DNA of 64,000 nt from Pseudomonas phage vB_Paer_PsCh, in sequence record OM870969.1, one strand, 5' to 3'. Position 1 is the stretch's first letter; every line of letters begins with the position of its first letter. A model generated the notes under the pieces. That model searched no databases and was not told the origin of the DNA. It saw nothing but the letters and a program-made list of their open reading frames with translations. The position numbers were made by a program, and so were the translations under genes. Shown piece by piece: positions 19,679 to 28,589 of this stretch.

Positions 19679-21416
19679 GAGAGACACATTCAACTATTCC
19701 GAAGCTAGGAAAAACAGTCAAGCAGCAGGAGAGACTCCTCTGTGGTATACGACGGCTGGCTACCAGTTGTTCATGAAGAAATATTCAAATGAGGGAGAGT
19801 CTGTTCGCTCTCGTTTTGAGACTGTAGCCAGAGCTATGGCTCAGCACGCCCCTATGGTGTATCCTGAGTGGTGGGAGGAGGACGAATACACTAGAGGCAA
19901 GGACTGGGAACAGGTATTCTTCGACGTTATGTGGGACGGTTTTGTAAGCCCATCCACTCCGCTTCTGTCGAACGGTGGGCTCCGCAAGAAGGGCACTACG
20001 GTATCCTGTGCAGGCGGGTTGATGGACAACAACCTCTATGACCGTTACAATGTAATGACGGAGATTGCAGTGCTAACGAAGCATAGTCACGGCACAAGCT
20101 TCAGCCTGACCAACTGGCCATCCGAAGGCGATGCCATTCGTGGCGGAGAGTCACAGGGTGTTATGCCTGTCATTCGTGACGTTATCAACGTCATGGAAGA
20201 GGTCGCACAGGGTTCTCGTCGTGGTAGCTGTGCCTACAGCATTAACCCCCGCCACGGGGACTTCTGGAACGTTATCGATCACCTGTACAAGCGTACAGAA
20301 TCGAACAACGTCGGATGGTTGCTGGACGACAATTGGTGCAAGGCTATGGCCGAGAAAGACCCTGAAACGCTGAAACGATGGAAGCGGATGATGTTCGTTA
20401 AGCTGGCAAGAGGCAAGGGCTACTTCACGTTCATTGACAAGATGAACCGGCACCTCGCAGAGCCGTTCAAGCGAGCAGGTCTGAAGGTAGAGGCATCTAA
20501 TCTTTGCCAAGAAACTGTGCTTCCAGCTAATGACTTCTACACATTCAGTTGCGTTATCCTGAACTACAACCTCGAACTTTACCGTTCTTGGCCTAAGCAC
20601 CTTGTGTTCATTGGGCAGGTTATGTCTGATTGCAACATCAGTGAATACCTAGCAACCATGGATGAGGTCAGCGTTCAGGACCGCCGAGCACTGGAGAAGA
20701 TTTACCGATTCACCAAGGACTTCAGGGCGCTTGGTAGCGGTGTTCTAGGGTTCCACACCCTGCTACAGCGGGAGCGATTCCCGGTCGGCAGTATGGATGC
20801 TATGTTCCTGAACAACGCCATCTTCAAGGGTATGAAGGAGCAAGCGGAGGCTTGCAATAGTTGGCTAGCCGAGGTTCTAGGAGAGCCAACCGGGTGCCGT
20901 GGACTAGGGAAGCGTAACGCCACTACGATGATGATGCCGCCAACTAAATCGACGGCTGAACTCATGGCGGGGGCCTCTGAGGGTATCGGGCTGGACGTGG
21001 CTATGTGCTTCACAAAGCAGAGCGCTGGAGGTGAATTCTTCCGTGTCAACAAGGTGCTTCTGGAGATCATCCAAGAGCGCGGACTGGATTGGGAAGAGTG
21101 CGCTAGACAGATCAACGAACGTAAGGGGAGTGTTCAGCACGTAGACTGGTTGACTGACCACGAAAAGGCTGTGTTCCGTACTGCCTTTGAGGTGAGAATG
21201 GAAGACTACCTGCGTCTGTGCTCTCAGCGGCAGAAGTACATCGACCAAGGTCAGAGCATCAACCTGTACTTCACGTCGAACGACTCGCCGGCTTACATTT
21301 CGTACATCCATCGTCTCGCCATGGAAGACCCGAACATCCTATCTCTGTACTACATCTACAGTATGAGAGGAGCGGGAGATATCTCCAGAACAGAAGAATG
21401 TGAAATGTGCATGTAA
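19671..21416 (+). CDS. nrdA: ribonucleotide reductase large (catalytic) subunit
   Basis: Active-site loop SNLCQET; directly downstream of nrdB with overlap. At 581 aa it probably lacks the ATP-cone. Confidence 0.7.
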   Translation: MSKRDTFNYSEARKNSQAAGETPLWYTTAGYQLFMKKYSNEGESVRSRFETVARAMAQHAPMVYPEWWEEDEYTRGKDWEQVFFDVMWDGFVSPSTPLLSNGGLRKKGTTVSCAGGLMDNNLYDRYNVMTEIAVLTKHSHGTSFSLTNWPSEGDAIRGGESQGVMPVIRDVINVMEEVAQGSRRGSCAYSINPRHGDFWNVIDHLYKRTESNNVGWLLDDNWCKAMAEKDPETLKRWKRMMFVKLARGKGYFTFIDKMNRHLAEPFKRAGLKVEASNLCQETVLPANDFYTFSCVILNYNLELYRSWPKHLVFIGQVMSDCNISEYLATMDEVSVQDRRALEKIYRFTKDFRALGSGVLGFHTLLQRERFPVGSMDAMFLNNAIFKGMKEQAEACNSWLAEVLGEPTGCRGLGKRNATTMMMPPTKSTAELMAGASEGIGLDVAMCFTKQSAGGEFFRVNKVLLEIIQERGLDWEECARQINERKGSVQHVDWLTDHEKAVFRTAFEVRMEDYLRLCSQRQKYIDQGQSINLYFTSNDSPAYISYIHRLAMEDPNILSLYYIYSMRGAGDISRTEECEMCM

Positions 21417-21433
21417 AATCATTGGCCCGGGGC

Positions 21434-21462
21434 TTGACAGCTTCCGGGCCTTTGTGTATTCT
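21434..21462 (+). promoter_or_regulatory. sigma70-type promoter (TTGACA-17-TATTCT) nested in a GC hairpin
   Basis: GGCCCGGGG...CCGGGCC hairpin around the -35; possible terminator/promoter overlap. Confidence 0.45.
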
Positions 21463-21633
21463 GAGCACATCAAAACAAGGAGGGACTAAAATGAACAAAT
21501 TCTCTGAAGTGTACTACACTTGGAGCGCAGCGTGCTCTCGTACAAATATCTTGATAGATATGGGATGGACTGCTACAATCCGTCGAGACTTCACTGGCGG
21601 GATCAACCCTGTATGGGTTGTGGAGTTCACGCG

Positions 21634-21861
21634 ATGAACAGCAAACTCCGCAAAGAGTTCGATAAATGGTGGGGACAGGACGAGCAAGAAGAACTTCGTA
21701 AATCCTGTGCCAAAGGATGGGCGGAATATATCTGGATGGCTAGTCGAAGAAAAGTGAGTGTTGAGCTTCCCGCGCCAGAAGGCGGATTTATCGACATCCA
21801 AAAGTACACAATCAATCGCTGCAAAGAAGCTATCCGCGAAACAGGACTGGAGGTGTTTTAA
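21634..21861 (+). CDS. hypothetical protein (75 aa)
   Basis: Start moved to ATG 21634, overlapping ATGA. Track ORF 21520..21861. Confidence 0.4.
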   Translation: MNSKLRKEFDKWWGQDEQEELRKSCAKGWAEYIWMASRRKVSVELPAPEGGFIDIQKYTINRCKEAIRETGLEVF

Positions 21862-22094
21862 TGAAAGAATATTTTAAAAAGCGACTAATGCAGACCAGTG
21901 AACCGTTCGATTCAGCGACGCAAGCTATGGACGTAGCGATTGCGTGGGGAGGGGCTAAGTACTGCGAATTCACTTGCGTAACTGCGGATAATCGCGTCAT
22001 CAGCATCTGGGAGTACAATGACGTAGAGCCTGATAAACCGGTATTCAATGGACAGCAACGAATCTTAGTTCCAACTTTTGAGGAGGTAGTATAA
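21861..22094 (+). CDS. hypothetical protein (77 aa)
   Basis: ATGA overlap; RBS GGAGGTG. Confidence 0.45.
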   Translation: MKEYFKKRLMQTSEPFDSATQAMDVAIAWGGAKYCEFTCVTADNRVISIWEYNDVEPDKPVFNGQQRILVPTFEEVV

Positions 22095-22330
22095 TGGAAC
22101 AAACTATTGATAAATCTCGGTATATTGTGCTTGATAACGAAGGCCGGCACGTTCTGACCTTGTGCGAGGTGGCCGTCTATAACCTACTTAAAGGCATTCA
22201 GTGGACAAAGGACAAGGATGGTCAAATCCATGTAAATGGTGTCACAGGCGTTGAACTCGGAGTTCGTCAAGGGATTATCGCTGAAGTATTCCTGTATCCG
22301 GGCTACATCATCCTAGAAGAGGTAGACTAA
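22094..22330 (+). CDS. hypothetical protein (78 aa)
   Basis: ATGG overlap; RBS GAGGAGG. Confidence 0.45.
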   Translation: MEQTIDKSRYIVLDNEGRHVLTLCEVAVYNLLKGIQWTKDKDGQIHVNGVTGVELGVRQGIIAEVFLYPGYIILEEVD

Positions 22331-22644
22331 TGGATATGTTCGATAAATACATGCAAGTTATGTATGACCGGGACGCTTTCTCAAGGCGAGTCGGTGAGTT
22401 AGAAAAAGAGGTAGCCGAACTCAAGGCTAAGGTGGCTATCGCCAAGTGTGATATGCGTGTCGTGAAAACCCTACTGGAAGATATCCAATGGGTGTATCAA
22501 GACGAAGCTGTCTATACTCTACCGGGCTACGTTTGCCCTTGTTGCGGGGAATCTGCAAACTATGGGCATTTCCAAGGCAGCTTCGATAAGAGCCCCTGCC
22601 TACTAGCTTGTGTACTGAGCCGGAGTGAAGCATATGAAGCCTAA
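22330..22644 (+). CDS. hypothetical protein with C-terminal CxxC
   Basis: N-terminal coiled-coil plus CPCCGES motif. Confidence 0.45.
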   Translation: MDMFDKYMQVMYDRDAFSRRVGELEKEVAELKAKVAIAKCDMRVVKTLLEDIQWVYQDEAVYTLPGYVCPCCGESANYGHFQGSFDKSPCLLACVLSRSEAYEA

Positions 22645-22819
22645 TGTTGTAGACTCGCTAGGCATTAACATGTGCTACGCCTGCGGAGGTAAACTGTACG
22701 TCCGAGGAGTATGCACTATCTACTGCCCTGATTGCGAGAAGGCAACGAAAGATAAACCGTTCGTCAGGATGCAGCTTCTACAGGATATCGAAGACAGCAA
22801 GAGGGTTGACAACGAATAG
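22625..22819 (+). CDS. zinc-ribbon protein
   Basis: CYACGG...CPDCEK. Confidence 0.4.
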   Translation: MKHMKPNVVDSLGINMCYACGGKLYVRGVCTIYCPDCEKATKDKPFVRMQLLQDIEDSKRVDNE

Positions 22820-22834
22820 AAGTGCTAGTAAGAT
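22806..22834 (+). promoter_or_regulatory. sigma70-type promoter (TTGACA-17-TAAGAT)
   Basis: TTGACA at 22806-22811, TAAGAT at 22829-22834. Confidence 0.4.
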
Positions 22835-22859
22835 GGCCACATCAGACAGAGGAGGAGCC

Positions 22860-23108
22860 ATGGCTACAACAGAGAAGATCATCGAGTATGTCTCGGCCTG
22901 TATCGAACGCTTGCAAGAGGACGTAACTGGGTACTCGGAGAACTTCCGTGACAGGGCGTTATCTAATCGCACAGGGTATATTCACGGGCTTATCACTATG
23001 GCTGAAATGAATGAGCAGGTGAGTATCGAGGACTGTGACAAGCTCCGTGCAAAGCTTCGTGAAGCTGCTGAGGCTGTGTTGAACGTACTGGATTCCAAAA
23101 TTAAATAG
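22860..23108 (+). CDS. hypothetical protein (82 aa)
   Basis: Start moved to ATG 22860 with RBS GAGGAGG. Confidence 0.45.
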   Translation: MATTEKIIEYVSACIERLQEDVTGYSENFRDRALSNRTGYIHGLITMAEMNEQVSIEDCDKLRAKLREAAEAVLNVLDSKIK

Positions 23109-23119
23109 GAGGTGTTCTG

Positions 23120-23605
23120 ATGAATATGAAAGAGATTGTGCAGGCTTTGATTGTCGTTGTCACTCTGACTCTCGCAGCAGTAGGTTTTGTAGTCGGGATT
23201 ACTAAATTGGCCAACAAGAGCGTGCCTGCCGAGGATATCGTCGTATCTACTGAAGACGGCACTATCAATCTCGGTCGCTCCGTGAAGAGCGAGAAGTTGC
23301 TGTATAGCATGTGTATCAAGGTAGAAGACCGCAAACCTGCTTGCGAGTTCACCACCAAGGATCGTGTCCTCAGCGAAGTGAAACAGGTTATGCGACCGGG
23401 CGAGGCTACTGCCCGAGATATTAAGATTGCAGTAAACGCGGCTGTGACGTATACTGGTGAGAACGGGCAGGAAGCAACTTCTCTGATTACCCCGAAAGGT
23501 AAGTATCTCCCGGCTGGCACCCCGTCTGAAGTACATATTCAGGCTATTGCGAATCTGTTCGACAGCGTGTACAATGACTACAAACAAAACTTCAGCAAGA
23601 TGTGA
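23120..23605 (+). CDS. membrane-anchored protein (N-terminal TM)
   Basis: RBS TAGGAGGTG. TM segment ALIVVVTLTLAAVGFVVGI. Confidence 0.5.
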   Translation: MNMKEIVQALIVVVTLTLAAVGFVVGITKLANKSVPAEDIVVSTEDGTINLGRSVKSEKLLYSMCIKVEDRKPACEFTTKDRVLSEVKQVMRPGEATARDIKIAVNAAVTYTGENGQEATSLITPKGKYLPAGTPSEVHIQAIANLFDSVYNDYKQNFSKM

Positions 23606-23614
23606 GGAGGACTC

Positions 23615-23809
23615 ATGAAAGCACAGCCTAAAGAAGTAGAAACCCTGTCCCTCGACAAGCGCCCCAAGGCAGGTGATGTTGTTCGACTGCGGTCTGACGG
23701 TAAAACCTACGAGGTAAATGCTGTATATCCCACGGCAGTAGGCTGGGAAGCGATTCTCCGCAACATGTACGACAAGACTAAGACCGTCACTGTCGGCATG
23801 GAGTGGTGA
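23615..23809 (+). CDS. hypothetical protein (64 aa)
   Basis: RBS GAGGAGGA. Confidence 0.4.
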   Translation: MKAQPKEVETLSLDKRPKAGDVVRLRSDGKTYEVNAVYPTAVGWEAILRNMYDKTKTVTVGMEW

Positions 23810-23810
23810 A

Positions 23811-24050
23811 ATGGCAAGAACCGGCAAGTGCGTAAACTTCCTACCTGTCACGCCGGACGGGCGAGTAATCGTCCGATTCGGCAAGAAAAGGCTAGGCTGG
23901 CTTGGTAAACAGGGTAAGAAGTGGCACTACTACCCTTATGGATGCGAAGGCAAGATTAAATCAGAGGGGTTTAAAACACTCGCTGAAATCAAGGCTTGGA
24001 TTCGAGACCCCGATGCTGTCTGGCCCGGTCCAAAGCCTGAGATTGACTAA
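23811..24050 (+). CDS. hypothetical protein (79 aa)
   Basis: ORF abutting the previous stop. Confidence 0.4.
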   Translation: MARTGKCVNFLPVTPDGRVIVRFGKKRLGWLGKQGKKWHYYPYGCEGKIKSEGFKTLAEIKAWIRDPDAVWPGPKPEID

Positions 24051-24071
24051 TTAGCCGACGAATGCTACAAT
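24044..24071 (+). promoter_or_regulatory. sigma70-type promoter (TTGACT-16-TACAAT)
   Basis: TTGACT at 24044-24049, TACAAT at 24066-24071. Confidence 0.45.
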
Positions 24072-24112
24072 GGTATGTAGGAAATTCCCTACTCAATATA
24101 AGGAAACTAGCA

Positions 24113-24313
24113 ATGACTAGCCGCTGGAAAGAGGCCGTGTATCGTAAGTACTCGGTGCGTCGTCTGCGGCAGGAACTCGAAGAGTTCAAAGAAGCTAGAC
24201 GCTTTGCACCAAACCAACGCATCCGTGCATGGTTTGATGCTCATATCGAATTTCTAGAACGCCACTTGGCTATTCGAGAGTCCGGCCAAGCCTACCCAGA
24301 CGACCTTTGGTAA
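24113..24313 (+). CDS. hypothetical protein (66 aa)
   Basis: Start moved to ATG 24113 with RBS AAGGAAA, downstream of the promoter. Track ORF 24062..24313. Confidence 0.35.
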   Translation: MTSRWKEAVYRKYSVRRLRQELEEFKEARRFAPNQRIRAWFDAHIEFLERHLAIRESGQAYPDDLW

Positions 24314-24380
24314 TTAGGTAATTAGGTGTGTTGTAGGTAGAGATTCAAATCATGGTTAGTGGCAAGGACGCCACACTTCA

Positions 24381-24407
24381 GCCCGCCCACAAGGCGGGCT
24401 TCTTTTT
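24381..24407 (+). terminator. rho-independent terminator
   Basis: GCCCGCCCACAAGGCGGGC hairpin followed by TTCTTTTT. Confidence 0.6.
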
Positions 24408-24422
24408 GCCTGAAATTTGCGG

Positions 24423-24451
24423 TTGACAAGGTTGGCCGGAATATGTAAACT
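24423..24451 (+). promoter_or_regulatory. sigma70-type promoter (TTGACA-17-TAAACT)
   Basis: Lies ahead of gene 24481. Confidence 0.45.
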
Positions 24452-24480
24452 TACGGCATCCAACAGAGGAGGGAAGAAAA

Positions 24481-25467
24481 ATGCAATTCAATATATCGAA
24501 GCAACTATGGGTAGCTAAAAGCGAGCGGAAGGGCGACTATAAAGGGACGCTTTTGGCATACATGTCTCAAGTGGACTTCAATAAAGATGGTAGCTTGGCT
24601 GCCAGCTTCAAGAAAAAGCAGCAGACTGGTATGAGCTGGGCAGGTAAGAATGCCGAGACTTGCTTCATAGACAACATCCCTGTCTCGGGGCATTTCATCG
24701 GGGACAGTGTTGAACGCTGGGTCACTGAGAACAAATATTTCCGTGTGACGGACCCTAGGGGCTTTGTTCTAGAGGTTCCTACCGGGAATATCTCGACCTT
24801 GCTCTACAACTGCACAGTAATCAAGGGAGTTATTCAAGAGCCTTGCGTGTGGGTTCGGATGGGCTCTCAGCACGTTCTACTGCCGGAAGGCTCCTCTCTC
24901 TACAAAGAAGCTGTAAGCTTCGTGGAGCGAAAAGAGTCGGCCAAAACTGTTAAAGATATGGTTGCAGGGGATCGATGCACTCTTCTTAGCTACGGGACAG
25001 AGGAGAAACTAGAGGCTATCTACCTCGGACAGGTGAAGATCACTTGGCACCTCCTAGCTAAAAAGGGCCGGTACTCTAGCCGAGGGTGGGGTGGAGGTCG
25101 GTGGGGTTACCACCATCTAGAGAGGGAACTAGATAGAAAAGAATTCACTGAGAAAGATTCGAAGTGGGTTAGTGTGTTCGCTAAGCCGGTAGGAAAGCGG
25201 TGGAGTATCCATTTTATCCTGTCTCCAAAGGCAACCGACATTCAATCTGGAAATGTACCGGATGAACTTCAAAACCTCGACCTAGTGAATGGTGTAAAAT
25301 GGGAGTACAACGAGAAAGACGACCGCCCATCTTCCTATTACTCTGTACCGGATAGGGTAGTCAAGTGCATCAGTGTAGACGACCCTTCATGGGACGATCT
25401 GCACAGCTACAAGGAGGTGAGGTGGACCCGGGAATGGACCGTGGTTGGTGCGGAGTGGAGAAAATAA
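24481..25467 (+). CDS. hypothetical protein (328 aa)
   Basis: RBS GAGGAGGGAAG. Confidence 0.5.
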   Translation: MQFNISKQLWVAKSERKGDYKGTLLAYMSQVDFNKDGSLAASFKKKQQTGMSWAGKNAETCFIDNIPVSGHFIGDSVERWVTENKYFRVTDPRGFVLEVPTGNISTLLYNCTVIKGVIQEPCVWVRMGSQHVLLPEGSSLYKEAVSFVERKESAKTVKDMVAGDRCTLLSYGTEEKLEAIYLGQVKITWHLLAKKGRYSSRGWGGGRWGYHHLERELDRKEFTEKDSKWVSVFAKPVGKRWSIHFILSPKATDIQSGNVPDELQNLDLVNGVKWEYNEKDDRPSSYYSVPDRVVKCISVDDPSWDDLHSYKEVRWTREWTVVGAEWRK

Positions 25468-25489
25468 AACCCCTATTATTTTTAGAATT

Positions 25490-25512
25490 GCCCGGCTCTT
25501 GCCGGGCTTTTT
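25490..25512 (+). terminator. rho-independent terminator
   Basis: GCCCGGCTCTTGCCGGGC hairpin followed by TTTTT. Confidence 0.6.
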
Positions 25513-25691
25513 ATGCCCGGGGCTTATTTTCAAATTATTTTTAGATTTCTGGGAGTTTCGGCCAATATGGGCAATATGAAATTTCTCAGGAAAAGGCTCA
25601 GAATGCTCGTATAAGAGCCGTTCGAGTGTAGGTATGGTGAGCTACTACTTAGCCGTAGAAGGACAGTGTAACGCTTAATAGGAGGGTTAGA

Positions 25692-25865
25692 ATGAAGATT
25701 GACAACGGTGGCGAATATGCGTATTGGCTGGCGGATATCAAAGAGTTTGTTTCTCAGATGGATGCCACAGAGATCGAGAAGAGGGCTTGTATAGCATACT
25801 TAATTAGCTGGTATCAGCGAAGAGTACTGCACAGAATTAAACGGGAGGAATACGAGGCGATCTAA
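25692..25865 (+). CDS. small hypothetical protein (57 aa)
   Basis: Strong RBS TAGGAGGGT 6 nt before the ATG. Absent from the ORF track because it is under 60 aa. Sits inside the iteron region. Confidence 0.35.
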   Translation: MKIDNGGEYAYWLADIKEFVSQMDATEIEKRACIAYLISWYQRRVLHRIKREEYEAI

Positions 25866-26000
25866 GCTAGGGACCGGATGGATTTTTAGGGACTGGATAG
25901 ATTTTCACAGACTGCAAAATTGAGAACTGGGCAGATTTTTAGGAACTGGACAGTTTTTCACAGAAGGGGATTTTTCTACAGAGGAATTTCCCCTGAAATT
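25866..26000. repeat. iteron-like direct repeats, (A)ACTGGNCAGATTTTT(A/C)(G/A)G-type, at least 6 copies
   Basis: Copies: GACCGGATGGATTTTTAGG, GACTGGATAGATTTTCACAG, AACTGGGCAGATTTTTAGG, AACTGGACAGTTTTTCACAG, AAGGGGATTTTTCTACAG, GGATTTCTCAGAAGG. Spacing is about 18-22 bp. Confidence 0.6.
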
Positions 26001-26021
26001 TAGCCGGATTTCTCAGAAGGG

Positions 26022-26080
26022 CGGATCGTTAGCAGGCTATCTAATTGGTTAGCAAGCTACCTTTAATCGTTAGCACACTA
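26022..26080. repeat. three direct repeats of GTTAGCAnnCTA, about 20 bp apart
   Basis: CGTTAGCAGGCTA, GGTTAGCAAGCTA and CGTTAGCACACTA. Confidence 0.55.
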
Positions 26081-26429
26081 ACTAAAAATTCCTAGGACGG
26101 ACCTCAGTTGGCACGAACGTTGCAAGCCCGCACCAGTTTCCCGGGCAGGCGTAGGCCTCGACTATCCGTCGTGAAGGCGATATGTAGTTGGGGACTCGCA
26201 CCCCGCGTTTAAGATGCGCCCATTCTACTATGACAGTTCACTTTGTCAACATTCTTTTTATGGCACAGGTTTTGCAATTGCAATTAGAGTGCCAACATAA
26301 ATTTCAGGCTCCTCCGGTGTTTATCTCCGGTGCTCGGCTTCCAGCCTGCGTTGCCCGCATGCCTATGATTATACACAAGCCAGAAAAGAAGACAAGCAAA
26401 AATATAGAGAAAAATCTACATAAAGCCGG

Positions 26430-26458
26430 TTGACACGTTCTTTTTATATAGGCACAAT
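26430..26458 (+). promoter_or_regulatory. candidate sigma70 promoter (TTGACA-17-CACAAT)
   Basis: Perfect -35 but weak -10; lies ahead of the SprT-like gene. Confidence 0.35.
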
Positions 26459-26493
26459 GAGCCCACATTCAACGGAACGGCAGGTAAACAGCC

Positions 26494-26967
26494 ATGCTAC
26501 ATAGTGAAGCCCGGGAGATCGCACTACAGGAAATGGACAAGTGGAGCCTCCTTGAGCAAGGTTGGAAATTCTCGTTCAACCTGCGGTTGAAGAGGGCTCT
26601 AGGGCGGTGCAATTACGCTAAGAGGCTCATAGAACTCAGCTACGATTACGTAGCTAATAACGGGCTTCCCGCAGTACTGGACACCATCCGCCACGAAATA
26701 GCACATGCTAAGGCAGGTCCGCACCATGGGCATGATTCTGTATGGAAAGAGTGGTGCGGATTGATTGGCGCTAAACCTAATCAGTACGCCAGTACAAAGG
26801 ACAAAGTAGTCGACTTTCCTTGGCGGCTGGCGATCCGGCACGAAGATGGCACATTAGAGCCGCTGAATCATTTCGGTTTCAGGCGGACCAACATGGCGAG
26901 AAAACAGGTACGCGGGCGTCCTGAGACGCTGGGCCGTCTAGTTTGGGTGAAGAACGAAAATAATTGA
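26494..26967 (+). CDS. SprT-like zinc metalloprotease
   Basis: SprT N-terminal region FNLRLKRALGRCNY...IELS and zinc-binding HEIAHA. Confidence 0.6.
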   Translation: MLHSEAREIALQEMDKWSLLEQGWKFSFNLRLKRALGRCNYAKRLIELSYDYVANNGLPAVLDTIRHEIAHAKAGPHHGHDSVWKEWCGLIGAKPNQYASTKDKVVDFPWRLAIRHEDGTLEPLNHFGFRRTNMARKQVRGRPETLGRLVWVKNENN

Positions 26968-26977
26968 GAAAAAGATG

Positions 26978-27009
26978 TTGACAGCTTAGGCCATTCCTGT
27001 AGAATGGCC
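26978..27009 (+). promoter_or_regulatory. early promoter cassette copy A (TTGACA-16-TAGAAT) with 21-bp palindrome GGCCATTCCTGTAGAATGGCC
   Basis: TTGACAGCTTAGGCCATTCCTGTAGAATGGCCCTCAAGCA. The palindrome (26989-27009) overlaps the -10. Confidence 0.7.
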
Positions 27010-27056
27010 CTCAAGCAAAGGGAAACACCCTGAGCAGTCACAAAGGATACATAGAT

Positions 27057-27323
27057 ATGAAAGCGCTTTGTAATCATCGGGCACTCTATGCGGCTTACAA
27101 CCGCAGCGAGATTGATCGAGTTGCATTAGACCTGAACCGTTATTTTCCTATCGAGAAAGATGACGAATGGGAAGACGGACCATACATGTATCGTCGCCGC
27201 ACCTATCTGGTGAAGCATTCGAAGGGCACAGCCCGGTGGCACAGTCTTTACTGTAATGGGACTGTCCAAGGCGTAGGCGTCGTCTTCGACGTAAAGTCGG
27301 GCGAACCTTTCCGCACAGCATAA
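27057..27323 (+). CDS. hypothetical protein (88 aa)
   Basis: First gene behind promoter copy A. Confidence 0.45.
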   Translation: MKALCNHRALYAAYNRSEIDRVALDLNRYFPIEKDDEWEDGPYMYRRRTYLVKHSKGTARWHSLYCNGTVQGVGVVFDVKSGEPFRTA

Positions 27324-27337
27324 AGGAGATTCAGAAA

Positions 27338-27481
27338 ATGCAAGCTTGGGATGTGTATCAGAACGGCCAATTGATCGATACTGTTTTCTTCGATATCATG
27401 TGTGATGCCGAAGAGGTGCGGAAATCGCTGGTCAACCATGACGGGTATCCGTCTGATATCACTGTGGAGGAGGCCGAGTAA
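27338..27481 (+). CDS. small hypothetical protein (47 aa)
   Basis: RBS AAAGGAGAT 7 nt upstream; stop overlaps the next start (TAATG). Confidence 0.3.
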   Translation: MQAWDVYQNGQLIDTVFFDIMCDAEEVRKSLVNHDGYPSDITVEEAE

Positions 27482-27768
27482 TGGATAACCTGTCCGTTAA
27501 AATCGTTCTGTCGGAACTCAGCTACAAAGCCTTGATTCAAGCCTTCGCCTTGCTTGGCCGAACGCTCGACCTAGACGAGGGGTTGGACGATATACTTAAT
27601 CTTATTGCGGATGAGATCGCTTTCCGCGACGGCCTGCCGCCTTTCGCAGACGACTGCGATAAAACAGAATGGATGCTCCGTCGATGGGAATCGCTCCCGG
27701 TGGTATCGTACAATATCGGGCAGGACGGACCGATTGTCGCTCGGTCTATCGAAGTAAAAACGGCATGA
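27481..27768 (+). CDS. hypothetical protein (95 aa)
   Basis: Translationally coupled to the previous gene. Confidence 0.45.
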   Translation: MDNLSVKIVLSELSYKALIQAFALLGRTLDLDEGLDDILNLIADEIAFRDGLPPFADDCDKTEWMLRRWESLPVVSYNIGQDGPIVARSIEVKTA

Positions 27769-27779
27769 GGGGAGAACTG

Positions 27780-28013
27780 ATGACCGTCAGAGTAGGAGAT
27801 ATCGTGGCTATCCGGGGCGACATTCGGAAAAAGCTCGACGGAACGTGCCAATACACGCCCGAACAATTGGTAGGTGGTAAGTTCCTCAAGCATGCCGGCA
27901 CGGGAGAAATATGGACTGGCCGAGTGAGTAAGATACAAGGTGATATGGCCAAGGTGGGAGGGGCTTGGCGCGGGATCGAATTCTATGTGCTGGTTGACGA
28001 AATAAACGCTTGA
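27780..28013 (+). CDS. hypothetical protein (77 aa)
   Basis: Start moved to ATG 27780 with RBS GAGGGGAGAA. Track ORF 27669..28013 overlaps the upstream gene in another frame. Confidence 0.4.
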   Translation: MTVRVGDIVAIRGDIRKKLDGTCQYTPEQLVGGKFLKHAGTGEIWTGRVSKIQGDMAKVGGAWRGIEFYVLVDEINA

Positions 28014-28038
28014 CAACCTGACCCACTAGCTGCAAAAT
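28010..28038 (+). promoter_or_regulatory. candidate sigma70 promoter (TTGACA-17-CAAAAT), tandem -35
   Basis: TTGACGAAATAAACGCTTGACAACC; weak -10. Confidence 0.3.
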
Positions 28039-28083
28039 AGCACTCACAGACAACGAAGACGCCGATAGGCGAGGAGAAAGCAG

Positions 28084-28212
28084 ATGCAAATGTTTTTCAA
28101 AACCCGCACCCAAGCCCGTGCAATGGCCACCAACGGTCGCAAAGTGGTAGACAACGGGGCTCAAGCTGAAAAGCGCTGGGCTGTCAAGCTGAACAAAAAG
28201 GAGGCGAAATAA
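28084..28212 (+). CDS. small basic protein (42 aa)
   Basis: RBS GAGGAGAAAG; TAATG coupling to the next gene. Confidence 0.3.
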   Translation: MQMFFKTRTQARAMATNGRKVVDNGAQAEKRWAVKLNKKEAK

Positions 28213-28520
28213 TGGCTAAGTCTGTCAGTGTAGATCGCAAGCGTTCCATCCTCGACGAGGCGAAAGACGGTAGCTTTTTCAGTGTGGAATTCGTCAAGGC
28301 AGACGGCACCGTTCGAAAGATGACGTGCAAGCGCCAGATTAAATCGGCGTATGCTAACGGACAGTATGCCACTCGCAAACCGACCAGCGCTGGCAAGCCG
28401 CACCTGTATACCGCTGCTGAGGTGCTGAACATGGAAGAGGGTAAATCCGCTTTCCGTACGATCAATCTCGAAACCCTTATCCGTGCGAAGGTGAACGGAA
28501 TCGAGTATAAATTCGATTAA
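28212..28520 (+). CDS. hypothetical protein (102 aa)
   Basis: RBS AAAAGGAGG. Confidence 0.45.
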   Translation: MAKSVSVDRKRSILDEAKDGSFFSVEFVKADGTVRKMTCKRQIKSAYANGQYATRKPTSAGKPHLYTAAEVLNMEEGKSAFRTINLETLIRAKVNGIEYKFD

Positions 28521-28524
28521 AAGC

Positions 28525-28556
28525 TTGACAGCCTAGGCCATTCCTGTAGAATGGCC
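28525..28556 (+). promoter_or_regulatory. early promoter cassette copy B (TTGACA-16-TAGAAT) with palindrome
   Basis: AAGCTTGACAGCCTAGGCCATTCCTGTAGAATGGCCCTCAAGCG. Palindrome at 28536-28556. Confidence 0.7.
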
Positions 28557-28589
28557 CTCAAGCGAGACAACAACCTAAGAGGCTATACA

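Noticed and set aside
26188-26433. ORF 26188..26433 (81 aa) in the intergenic iteron/promoter region
   Set aside because: No RBS and low-complexity translation. It lies over repeat and promoter elements.
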